This document shows positions 1 through 7,612 of a stretch of DNA of 64,000 nucleotides, piece after piece. The number at the start of each line of letters is the position of its first letter. Positions within the stretch are counted from its first letter, which is position 1. The translations under genes and the position numbers were made by a program. The stretch is from positions 1 to 64,000 of the IMG/VR virus record IMGVR_UViG_3300010373_000003, one strand, 5' to 3'. This DNA comes from a virus. The notes under the pieces were generated by a model. That model was not told the origin of the DNA, did no database searches, and was given only the letters and a program-made list of their open reading frames with translations.

Positions 1-110
1 GTAAGACTATAATGAAACTTTTCTCTAGCTTTAATACGTTCTTTCTTTTTAGTATCTAATAGACTACTAACATTACTAAGAATTTGTATTACACTTTCAG
101 GTTTACCCAT
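1..110 (-). CDS. hypothetical protein, N-terminal part only (runs off window start)
   Basis: ATG at 110 (minus) reads MGKPESVIQILSNVSSLLDTKRKERIKAREKFHYSL with no stop before position 1; starts 10 bp after the stop of 121..339. Confidence 0.5.
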   Translation of the reverse strand, partial: MGKPESVIQILSNVSSLLDTKKKERIKAREKFHYSL

Positions 111-120
111 AACATTAACA

Positions 121-339
121 TTAAGCACTATAAGAGTTTTCAGCTATAAATCTAGGTTCACCTACACCAAATGCACAGACAATACATACCCAACCTTCAA
201 TTTTATATCTTTCACCTAAATGTTTATCATATTTAAGAAGAAGTTTATGAGCTTCTTCAGGACTATTAGCTATGGCTACAGCCATACCTCCACAATAACT
301 AATACATGTAGTATTGTGATATACATTAAGATAAGTCAT
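121..339 (-). CDS. hypothetical protein (72 aa), paralog of the C-terminal domain of 341..817
   Basis: Tight packing; LNVYHN..GMAVAIANSPEEAH..GW..PRFIAENSY matches LYVYYN..GVAIVVANNKLEAH..GW..PSFITEHSY. Confidence 0.75.
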   Translation of the reverse strand: MTYLNVYHNTTCISYCGGMAVAIANSPEEAHKLLLKYDKHLGERYKIEGWVCIVCAFGVGEPRFIAENSYSA

Positions 340-340
340 A

Positions 341-817
341 TTATTCTTGATAAGAATGTTCAGTAATAAAACTAGGTTTAGTATCAGTACTAGGAGAAGC
401 TACAAACCAACCATTAGCATCATATTGAGAAGATTTAAACTCATCAACATTAACACATAATATAGTATGAGCTTCTAATTTATTATTAGCAACTACAATA
501 GCAACGCCAGAACCATAACCTACTTTACATTTATTGTAATAGACGTATAACACTGATTCTGACTGCTGTACCTCCCCCGTAGAGGAATCACCCTCAATAG
601 ACTTTACTAGATCTCCATCAGATAGATCTTTAATATCATTATGAACTTCATTAACGACTTTATTAAAAGTACAACTAATCATACTCATAACCATAACTCT
701 ATCCATAACAGATAGTTGACTAATATTAACAGGTTTATAGTTCTTAGTAATAGTATGATAAACAGGTTTGTTATCAACACTAATAATATTTATTTTAAAA
801 TCTTTATTATTTTCCAT
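341..817 (-). CDS. two-domain hypothetical protein (158 aa; start revised to MENNKDF)
   Basis: The track ORF 341..1021 has a spurious hydrophobic N-terminal extension overlapping 807..1109; ATG at 817 overlaps the previous stop. Confidence 0.7.
   Translation of the reverse strand: MENNKDFKINIISVDNKPVYHTITKNYKPVNISQLSVMDRVMVMSMISCTFNKVVNEVHNDIKDLSDGDLVKSIEGDSSTGEVQQSESVLYVYYNKCKVGYGSGVAIVVANNKLEAHTILCVNVDEFKSSQYDANGWFVASPSTDTKPSFITEHSYQE
572..587 (-). repeat. dispersed 16-bp element, copy 1 (TTCCTCTACGGGGGAG)
   Basis: + strand CTCCCCCGTAGAGGAA; encodes SSTGE in the linker of 341..817. Confidence 0.9.
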
Positions 818-1109
818 AATCTTGGACTTTATAGTTAAGTAAATAAAAACTAGGATTATAATTAAACTCATCAATATCAAAGTCTTTGTACTTAATAACA
901 GCAACAAAATCATTAAATGATATAGATTTAAATACACCTTTATTATCTTTAAAGGAACCACTACTAAATACTTTATGATCTTCACTATCATCACCTGCAT
1001 AGAATCTAATAGATAAACCATAACGTTTAACTTTATCTTCTATATATTCAGTAATACATATCATAGGAGTATCAATAGGTATCTCTGTTCTATAAGGACT
1101 ATTTCCCAT
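807..1109 (-). CDS. hypothetical protein (100 aa; start MGNSPY)
   Basis: ATG at 1109 overlaps the end of 1099..1287; operon-like packing. Confidence 0.65.
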   Translation of the reverse strand: MGNSPYRTEIPIDTPMICITEYIEDKVKRYGLSIRFYAGDDSEDHKVFSSGSFKDNKGVFKSISFNDFVAVIKYKDFDIDEFNYNPSFYLLNYKVQDYGK

Positions 1110-1287
1110 CTTTAAATGCATTAGTAATACACTCAGCAAGTTCTAATAGTTCTTTCTTAGACATTTCCATAGAACATATATCTCCATCCCCACCAATGGT
1201 TAAAAGATATTCATTAAGGTTATCATAATGAGTAATATCAATTATACCATCATGAGTAATTAACTCAATTATCTTATTAGCTGCCAT
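1099..1287 (-). CDS. hypothetical protein (62 aa), paralog of 1290..1478
   Basis: IIELITHDGIIDI..MSKKEL versus IVSMTDDGVITV..ITKKEF. Confidence 0.7.
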   Translation of the reverse strand: MAANKIIELITHDGIIDITHYDNLNEYLLTIGGDGDICSMEMSKKELLELAECITNAFKDGK

Positions 1288-1289
1288 AA

Positions 1290-1478
1290 TTATAAGTGTT
1301 TATTAATAAGTTTAACAATATTATTAAATTCTTTTTTAGTAATACAAATATCACTACTTTGTTTATCAGTATTCTTAACATTTATAATAAGAGTATTTCT
1401 ACTTTCTCCATTAACAACAGTAATAACACCATCGTCTGTCATAGAAACTATTTGAACAATACAACTATCTTTTATCAT
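1290..1478 (-). CDS. hypothetical protein (62 aa), paralog of 1099..1287
   Basis: Same length, shared pattern, 2-bp spacing. Confidence 0.7.
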   Translation of the reverse strand: MIKDSCIVQIVSMTDDGVITVVNGESRNTLIINVKNTDKQSSDICITKKEFNNIVKLINKHL

Positions 1479-1694
1479 GAATAATTAATATTAATGGGTT
1501 ATAAATGATTTTAATGAGATTTAAGCCACTCAATTATAATTCTCGATTAATAACCTTACTATTACAGGTCAATTGATTGTGCAGCCCCGAGCAGCTATCT
1601 ATCGACAAATAGTAAGGTTATCAACCATTCAGGTTGTATACTATCCAGTATTTACCTTTAATATCATTAGTATCTTTAGCAATACTAATATTTG

Positions 1695-1766
1695 TTGTAT
1701 TAGCAGGATTCGAACCCACATCAATCGCTTAGAAAACAATTGCTCTACCAGTTGAGCTATAATACA
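1695..1766 (-). tRNA. tRNA-Arg (anticodon UCU)
   Basis: Minus strand folds as acceptor TGTATTA/TAATACA, D-arm GCTC-AACTGGTA-GAGC, anticodon arm ATTGT-TTTCTAA-GCGAT, T-arm GTGGG-TTCGAAT-CCTGC; followed by CAA rather than CCA. Confidence 0.85.
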
Positions 1767-1801
1767 AACCAACTTAACGATGAAAAGTTAGTTTATGGTA
1801 T

Positions 1802-2119
1802 TTAACCCTTAAAAGTTACATTACCAAATTTATTAAGATCTTCATCACGAAGACCAAGTTCTTCAGCTAATTTATCAATAGCATCAAGACCTTTAGTACA
1901 ACCATCTACACTTACAGATAGTTTTATAATTTTACTAACATCTAAAGGAAAAGTACTCTTAGCAGTAGCTAATTCTCTTTCTTTAGCAGCTAATGATTGT
2001 TCCGTTGCCAATCTGTCTACTTTCAACTGTAGCGCAGCTTCTTGTAACTTCAATAGCAATTCCTTTTGACTCATTTCGCTTTCCGCAAGCAGTGTCTGCT
2101 TCTTGTAATCTATCCTCAT
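1802..2119 (-). CDS. hypothetical coiled-coil protein (105 aa)
   Basis: Heptad-rich KELLLKLQEAALQLKVDRLATEQSLAAKERELA. Confidence 0.75.
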   Translation of the reverse strand: MRIDYKKQTLLAESEMSQKELLLKLQEAALQLKVDRLATEQSLAAKERELATAKSTFPLDVSKIIKLSVSVDGCTKGLDAIDKLAEELGLRDEDLNKFGNVTFKG

Positions 2120-2447
2120 TAGAATATTCTTTAAGTTTAGTAAATAGTTCAGTTAAATTATTACAACCTTGATCATTATTATGAGAAGCTGTATTAAGTA
2201 TAGTACTAGTAGCCCACTTACCTAAACAAATAGGTCCATTGTCTTGATAAAAGATAATATTATCATAAGCACTAAATGCACAATTTCTTAATCTATCTAT
2301 ATCACTTAAACTACTAGCAATTCTAATATCAGAATGAAATGCTTTTACAGACTTAACAAAGTTATAAATATAGTCAGATGTTAAAGAACTAGTAATATCT
2401 TTTACAACATCTTTAATAGATATATAACATATTATAGTATTTGCCAT
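1983..2447 (-). CDS. hypothetical protein (up to 154 aa)
   Basis: ORF track; the last ~45 codons overlap 1802..2119 and may be non-functional run-on. Confidence 0.55.
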   Translation of the reverse strand: MANTIICYISIKDVVKDITSSLTSDYIYNFVKSVKAFHSDIRIASSLSDIDRLRNCAFSAYDNIIFYQDNGPICLGKWATSTILNTASHNNDQGCNNLTELFTKLKEYSNEDRLQEADTACGKRNESKGIAIEVTRSCATVESRQIGNGTIISC

Positions 2448-2470
2448 AATAATAACAATTGGTTTAAAAC

Positions 2471-2521
2471 AATAAAAGCTGATAGCTATATTAGATACAC
2501 ATCTAACACAACTATCAGCTA
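2471..2521 (-). terminator. probable intrinsic terminator
   Basis: AGCTGATAG...CTATCAGCT inverted repeat with a T-rich tail on the minus strand, downstream of 2534..2713. Confidence 0.55.
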
Positions 2522-2533
2522 TATTTAATTTAT

Positions 2534-2713
2534 TTAATCAAGACCGTAACGTTTTTCTTCAAACTCATCATTATCTCCATCTAAAGTTCCTTCAAAGTTA
2601 ACATCATCAAAATCAGTTGTTAACAACTCTTCATGAATCTCCATTGAAGTATCAATATCTTCACCATCACCAGTCTCCATGTAATCATCTGGATTATACC
2701 TAATATCTCTCAT
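2534..2713 (-). CDS. highly acidic 59-aa protein (not in ORF track)
   Basis: Manual translation MRDIRYNPDDYMETGDGEDIDTSMEIHEELLTTDFDDVNFEGTLDGDNDEFEEKRYGLD*; ATG 1 bp after the stop of the upstream gene; followed by a hairpin. Confidence 0.75.
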   Translation of the reverse strand: MRDIRYNPDDYMETGDGEDIDTSMEIHEELLTTDFDDVNFEGTLDGDNDEFEEKRYGLD

Positions 2714-2714
2714 A

Positions 2715-3428
2715 CTATTTATTAGTTAAAGAGTCATGGATATAAGCAATTTCTTCATTAGAACAAACATCATTAATGGTCTTACCCATTTCTAAATGAA
2801 TGAACTTATCAATAGTCTTTTGAGCAGAAGCACTAAAACTAGCAAATGAAGCAGCTAAACAGTTTAAGAAGAAAGGCTCAGTATAAGAATACTCTTTAGT
2901 AAGAGTATCAACCTTAACAGAAAACTTATTCCACTTAAATGTAACAAACCTAGATTTACCTTTAATCTCTCCCTTTTGTAAAAGGTAATTAAGAACACCA
3001 AGACTAGTAAACCTACGTATCTCAGCATTGTTCTTAATAATAAGAGCAATTTCAACCATATGAGCAGGATACTCACCATTAATAGGAGGCAACTCTACAC
3101 CATTAGCTTTATTGTTAACAGGTTTATTGTTATGCTTAAAAGGTTGCTTAGTAGCAATAGCATTATGTTTAACTGGATGTTGTTTAGCAACATGAGTGTT
3201 ACTTACAACGTCTGCATCTGTATGATATACAGTAGCATCAGGCTGCGGTTTGTCTTCCTCTACGGGCAAGCTCTTATTGTCAACAACTTCAGGAGCTTTC
3301 TTATCAGTAGCAATAACCTTATCTACAATATCACTTTCAGTAATAGTAGACTTAGAAACAGCTTTAGTAGCTTTCTTAGCAGCAGGTTTAGTCTTAGTAG
3401 TGGCAAAAGTTTGATCAATTTGTGTCAT
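2715..3428 (-). CDS. hypothetical protein with Lys/Thr/Ala-rich low-complexity N-terminus (237 aa; start MTQIDQ)
   Basis: ORF track 2715..3497; start revised to the ATG at 3428 after an AT-rich leader. Confidence 0.75.
   Translation of the reverse strand: MTQIDQTFATTKTKPAAKKATKAVSKSTITESDIVDKVIATDKKAPEVVDNKSLPVEEDKPQPDATVYHTDADVVSNTHVAKQHPVKHNAIATKQPFKHNNKPVNNKANGVELPPINGEYPAHMVEIALIIKNNAEIRRFTSLGVLNYLLQKGEIKGKSRFVTFKWNKFSVKVDTLTKEYSYTEPFFLNCLAASFASFSASAQKTIDKFIHLEMGKTINDVCSNEEIAYIHDSLTNK
3255..3270 (+). repeat. dispersed 16-bp element, copy 2 (TTCCTCTACGGGCAAG)
   Basis: Antisense to its host gene; encodes LPVEE. Confidence 0.85.
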
Positions 3429-3659
3429 AACAATAACAATTTTAATATTAGTATAATTAAGAATAATATGATAAGCACCATGCAAACCATATAACATTTA
3501 AGGTACGAACTATATAATCAAAAGTGAAAATAATTAATATATTTTTATTAATACATGTCGCTCCATGAGCATGTTAAGTATGCTCAAAAGAACAATCAAC
3601 ATATAACAGTATAATTAATATAAATCAACTATATTTAATTTGATTATAAGTATAAATAA

Positions 3660-3691
3660 TAGTGATAATAACTATAACATTATTATCACTA
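3660..3691 (-). terminator. probable intrinsic terminator
   Basis: TAGTGATAATAA-N8-TTATTATCACTA 12-bp inverted repeat just downstream of 3710..4294. Confidence 0.6.
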
Positions 3692-3709
3692 CCATCTACA
3701 TAATGAGAA

Positions 3710-4294
3710 TTAGAATCCCATAAGTTTATCGGCTAATCTATTAGCCATAGCTTTACCGCTTTCACCAAGTTTAAAGCTAACAACATTATTAATAATAATA
3801 TTGTGATCATAAACTCTAGAATCAGCATCTTCCTTTGTACTAAAAGGATTAAAATACTCTTCACCAGCAGCTACTTCTTGTTGAAGTACATCAATGCTAG
3901 AACCATTTAAGATAAGATTAAGAGCTTGTGGATTTTCAAGTAAAGCATTACCCATCCATCCAAGGTTCTCATCCTCTTTAATAGCACCAACAATAGCAAA
4001 CAGAGAAGTAAAGATAGTAGTAGTTAAACCTATCTCATAACTGTTACCCTCATCTTTGGTAACATAGCCTCTAACAGGAGAAGCTAGTGTAAAGCTAACC
4101 ATATTATAGTTATCTTTTTGAGTGAAATTAACGTTCTTAACTCTAACAGAGTTTACACGTTTACAACCAGAAGCAATAAGCTTCTTAATAATGTTTTGAT
4201 AACCAACAGCGTTAGAAGCTTGTTCAGTAGCGTTAGTAGTTTGATCACTAGCACCAGTAGTAGGTGTAGCAACAGCATTAGCTTTCCCAGACAT
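3710..4294 (-). CDS. hypothetical protein (194 aa), distant paralog of 6064..6576
   Basis: ALNLILNGSSIDVLQQEVAAGEEY versus AELQVVLRGAKLDIERTKFAIGDEY; has its own promoter motif and hairpin. Confidence 0.85.
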   Translation of the reverse strand: MSGKANAVATPTTGASDQTTNATEQASNAVGYQNIIKKLIASGCKRVNSVRVKNVNFTQKDNYNMVSFTLASPVRGYVTKDEGNSYEIGLTTTIFTSLFAIVGAIKEDENLGWMGNALLENPQALNLILNGSSIDVLQQEVAAGEEYFNPFSTKEDADSRVYDHNIIINNVVSFKLGESGKAMANRLADKLMGF

Positions 4295-4376
4295 AATCTA
4301 AAATTTTAAAGTTAATATATAATGTTAATTGTGTTATTTAATATATTATTAGATAGAGAACTCTTACAAGTCAACT

Positions 4377-4407
4377 ATCCAACATTTATTATGTTTTGTA
4401 TGAGGTC
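4377..4407 (-). promoter_or_regulatory. putative phage early promoter (GACCTCATAC-N17-GGAT)
   Basis: One of four copies upstream of minus-strand genes. Confidence 0.65.
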
Positions 4408-4410
4408 AAA

Positions 4411-4450
4411 TAAAGAAAAGATCAATAAGCTAATAATGCTATTGATCTTG
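4411..4450 (-). terminator. probable intrinsic terminator
   Basis: AAGATCAATA..TATTGATCTT hairpin with a T-tail on the minus strand, downstream of 4461..4667. Confidence 0.6.
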
Positions 4451-4460
4451 TAGATATCTA

Positions 4461-4667
4461 TTATGTTGAAATATATGATAACATTAACCATATTGCAGCT
4501 ACCATATTAACTATTAATAGTAAATACCAAGCAAATATTGTTAGTGTAGATCTAAACCTGACTATATAATAGTCTTTATTTATTTCTGCTATTTCTATAT
4601 AATGATATATTCTAGAACCTGTTAAAGCTATTGCTATAATAACTATAACTAATATTAATTGTATCAT
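4461..4667 (-). CDS. small two-TM membrane protein (68 aa)
   Basis: Two hydrophobic segments; resembles 4677..4889. Confidence 0.65.
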   Translation of the reverse strand: MIQLILVIVIIAIALTGSRIYHYIEIAEINKDYYIVRFRSTLTIFAWYLLLIVNMVAAIWLMLSYIST

Positions 4668-4676
4668 AGTTGATAA

Positions 4677-4889
4677 TTAAGATATTAATAATTGTGAATT
4701 AAGTATTACATCTAATATGTAAACAGCTATTGCTAATAGTACTGCATATACCATTACCATTACTATCCAATCAAATAAAGATAAATGATTAGATTTGCCA
4801 TTTGCCATTAGTATTGTTGATTCTTTTCTTACTCTTAATGCTGATAATAGTGTTGCAGCTATTAGTATTGATATGATTAATGCTATCAT
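4677..4889 (-). CDS. small two-TM membrane protein (70 aa)
   Basis: Two hydrophobic segments; HLSLFDW versus TLTIFAW in its neighbour. Confidence 0.65.
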   Translation of the reverse strand: MIALIISILIAATLLSALRVRKESTILMANGKSNHLSLFDWIVMVMVYAVLLAIAVYILDVILNSQLLIS

Positions 4890-4893
4890 AATG

Positions 4894-5238
4894 TTATAGT
4901 GTTATTTTATAAAGATGATCAATGTATTCTAATACCTCTTTATCTCCATCATAATCAAGTTCATTACAAAGTTCTTTATAGAAATTAGCTGATGTTAGAT
5001 TAACTGTTCTTATAGCTAAGAACATACCTTCTATTGCACCTATTGTTCTTGATTTAAAACATATAGATTTTTTAGTTTCTTTAACCGATGTTACTGGTGT
5101 AAATGCTGGTGTTGTTGGATCTTCTGACATATCTTTAGATTTAATTAATGGTCTTAATAATCCTCCTCGTATTATACCAACTGCTGGTATAGATATGAAT
5201 ACTGATTCAGGAGAACCTATTGGTGATGACTTATTCAT
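4894..5238 (-). CDS. hypothetical protein (114 aa)
   Basis: ORF track; tight packing. Confidence 0.6.
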   Translation of the reverse strand: MNKSSPIGSPESVFISIPAVGIIRGGLLRPLIKSKDMSEDPTTPAFTPVTSVKETKKSICFKSRTIGAIEGMFLAIRTVNLTSANFYKELCNELDYDGDKEVLEYIDHLYKITL

Positions 5239-5256
5239 AATATCTGGAGTTAATGA

Positions 5257-5439
5257 TTATAATTTAATAGTTAATAAAGCTTGTGGATTATGTTCTATTT
5301 CTCCTGATAATCCAAAGAACCAGAAGTCTTCTCCTTTATCAAGTATTACACCTGCTGCTGATATAGACTTCTGTTGATTCCATTGATATCCCTCATTAAT
5401 GAGTTCATTCATCTTTTTATGTTGTTCTATTGTACCCAT
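5257..5439 (-). CDS. hypothetical protein (60 aa)
   Basis: ORF track; A-rich leader; globular-looking composition. Confidence 0.65.
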   Translation of the reverse strand: MGTIEQHKKMNELINEGYQWNQQKSISAAGVILDKGEDFWFFGLSGEIEHNPQALLTIKL

Positions 5440-5640
5440 TTTTAATAAAGGTTTAGTTGATATTTGAATGATTGTTATTGAAGAGGAGATAAGGAGTTTG
5501 ATGAAAATTAGAGATAAAGGTTGTGTAACAGTAATAGTGTTTGTGGAGGTGAGAGTAGTGGATAAGGTGGGATGAGGAGAGGAGGGGTGTGCGGTGGGTG
5601 TTACTAATCCTTATTCTCGTCCTCATTCCGATTATATTGC

Positions 5641-5880
5641 TCAATATCCTGCTGTTCCTACAAATGACCATATTTGCACTATAACATATACAATAACTAG
5701 TATTACCAGCATTATAATCATCATCAACCTCATCACTATCTTAACTTTATCTTTAAAAGGTATAACAGGATAACCGTAATTAGTATTAAATACAGCATCT
5801 TTAAGTCTATCCACTGCATAAGATATTACTATATCTGACAATATGTAGATCAAGTAGAATGGTGTTATAATGTATAACAT
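5641..5880 (-). CDS. small membrane protein (79 aa; start MLYIIT)
   Basis: The track ORF 5641..5994 starts inside the promoter motif, so the ATG at 5880 is preferred; two hydrophobic segments. Confidence 0.45.
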   Translation of the reverse strand: MLYIITPFYLIYILSDIVISYAVDRLKDAVFNTNYGYPVIPFKDKVKIVMRLMMIIMLVILVIVYVIVQIWSFVGTAGY

Positions 5881-5982
5881 AAGCAGTCTCAATTTAGACA
5901 ATAGTGTTTTTAGTATTAGTTTCATGAGTGTTAGGATTAGGTTAAGAACTGTTAAAAGAACTCTTAAAAGGATTATAAGAAC

Positions 5983-6011
5983 TCCAAAATTCATTATGTT
6001 TAGTATGAGGT
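5983..6011 (-). promoter_or_regulatory. putative phage early promoter (ACCTCATAC-N17-GGA)
   Basis: Copy of the four-fold motif. Confidence 0.6.
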
Positions 6012-6023
6012 ATAATAGTATAA

Positions 6024-6057
6024 TAAAAAATAGTACTAGCTATTACACTAGTACTAT
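6024..6057 (-). terminator. intrinsic terminator
   Basis: ATAGTACTAG-N8-CTAGTACTAT hairpin followed by a T-run on the minus strand, right after 6064..6576. Confidence 0.7.
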
Positions 6058-6063
6058 CTGTAT

Positions 6064-6576
6064 TTATATTGAGAACACACTGTCCATCATATCATCTAAT
6101 TTGTTTTGAACTCTATCAGATACTTTAATACCAACAATGTTAGTATTATAACCAGCATTATCATGAGTAAGAACTTCACCAGTTTTAGTAGTATACTCAT
6201 CGCCAATAGCGAATTTAGTTCTCTCAATATCTAGTTTAGCACCACGAAGAACAACTTGTAATTCAGCAGCACCAAATCCTGATTGGTTATCATTACGAAT
6301 ACCAACTTCTTTCTTCTTAGTATACATTAAGTCAAGACCCTCAATATGATTAATACATTGAGCAACTAATACACTAGGAACAAAGTCAATGTAATCAACT
6401 TGACCATCAACATACTCATCAGTCAATTGATCTCTTTTAATAGCATCTATTGCAACATCTAATGTTACTCTATATCTAACATCGCTGTTGTTATTAGAAT
6501 AAACTTGAATAGATTTAATGCCACATTTAATAGTAACAGGAGCCGCAGCTACAACTGTGTTTGGTTTATTAGCCAT
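6064..6576 (-). CDS. hypothetical protein (170 aa), distant paralog of 3710..4294
   Basis: ORF track; see paralog; flanked by promoter motif and terminator. Confidence 0.85.
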   Translation of the reverse strand: MANKPNTVVAAAPVTIKCGIKSIQVYSNNNSDVRYRVTLDVAIDAIKRDQLTDEYVDGQVDYIDFVPSVLVAQCINHIEGLDLMYTKKKEVGIRNDNQSGFGAAELQVVLRGAKLDIERTKFAIGDEYTTKTGEVLTHDNAGYNTNIVGIKVSDRVQNKLDDMMDSVFSI

Positions 6577-6607
6577 AGTAATATAAGTTAAGTAATTAAT
6601 AATAATT

Positions 6608-6638
6608 ATCCAGTATTCAATGTGTTTAGTATGAGGTC
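6608..6638 (-). promoter_or_regulatory. putative phage early promoter (GACCTCATAC-N17-GGAT)
   Basis: About 30 bp upstream of the ATG at 6576. Confidence 0.65.
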
Positions 6639-6648
6639 TATGATAAAT

Positions 6649-6677
6649 AGTATTAACAGCATCACACTATTAATACT
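6649..6677 (-). terminator. weak hairpin / possible terminator
   Basis: AGTATTAACAG-N7-CTATTAATACT after 6685..6903. Confidence 0.4.
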
Positions 6678-6684
6678 TATCATA

Positions 6685-6903
6685 TCATGATATTGTAATC
6701 TTAACAACAACTATAACTATAAGAACTATGAATGCAATAGCAGCAGCAATACACATCTTATCAGCGATACTTAATGTATCAACAGCTGTTGTTATAGTAT
6801 TTACATTGTCTTCATGATCTACATTGTTATCATCTCTAAGTATCATTTGATTAGAATATATCTTAGTTAGTATATCATCATTGGTTTCAGTTTGATCTTT
6901 CAT
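6685..6903 (-). CDS. small protein with acidic N-terminus and C-terminal TM (72 aa)
   Basis: ORF track; first gene of the minus-strand block. Confidence 0.65.
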   Translation of the reverse strand: MKDQTETNDDILTKIYSNQMILRDDNNVDHEDNVNTITTAVDTLSIADKMCIAAAIAFIVLIVIVVVKITIS

Positions 6904-6925
6904 TGAAGTAAGTTTATGTTAATTA

Positions 6926-6958
6926 ATCCAAGTTTTAGTATGTCGAGTGTATGAGGTC
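6926..6958 (-). promoter_or_regulatory. putative phage early promoter (GACCTCATAC-N19-GGAT)
   Basis: About 22 bp upstream of the ATG at 6903. Confidence 0.6.
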
Positions 6959-7552
6959 TCACCACAAAGTTGACGGGGGTATTCAAGATGACTTAGAACA
7001 CCCCGGGGTCTTATGGTAGTACCCACCGCTTCTCATCTACCTGCTAATTCCCAGTACCCCTAGTTCGTCCTTATACAACTTCTCATTCAACAAAAGATCC
7101 AATAACCTCTTCTTCAACTCTAACTTCTTTATACTTATCTCCCTATTCAAAGGAAGATCTAACATCTCCACCGCCTCTCATCCATATAACAAACTCTATA
7201 CCCCCTCTATTATCTCCATTAATTCTCCTAATATCTTTATGACTAAAATCTAACATAACTCCACATCTATTAACTATACTATCTTCTCTATTAAAAATCA
7301 GTATTAAATCTCAATCATCATCATTAGATTATCACTTATATAAATCTCCTTTATCATTAAGATCATCCTGATCAACTTCATCATATGTTTCTTTTCTATT
7401 ACTAACAACATCTTCTTTATTATAATAAGGATCAATACTGATAACATTATAATGGTAAGTTCTAGTAAGAGTAATATTATGATAGTCAGTAATAACAATA
7501 GCAACTATACTTGTAGGATTATTAGTTGAGTTAAATATAATATGAATTATTG

Positions 7553-7582
7553 TTGTATGCTGAACATCAAATGTTTATATTG
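7553..7582 (+). promoter_or_regulatory. putative Bacteroidota-type promoter TTG-N20-TATATTG
   Basis: Resembles the -33 TTG / -7 TAnnTTTG consensus; same arrangement at 8464, 18571 and 33738. Confidence 0.4.
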
Positions 7583-7612
7583 AGAACATTGGATGTTAGT
7601 AATAATATAAGT

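Noticed and set aside
1728-1734. tRNA read as an amber suppressor (CTA) and stop-codon reassignment as in some crAss-like phages
   Set aside because: The 7-nt loop TTTCTAA places TCT at the anticodon; core genes are full length in the standard code
7304-7504. 66-aa Leu/Ile/Met-rich ORF, and similarly 5453..5671, 8079..8369 and 8116..8358
   Set aside because: Translations of low-complexity, strand-skewed non-coding DNA with no protein-like pattern
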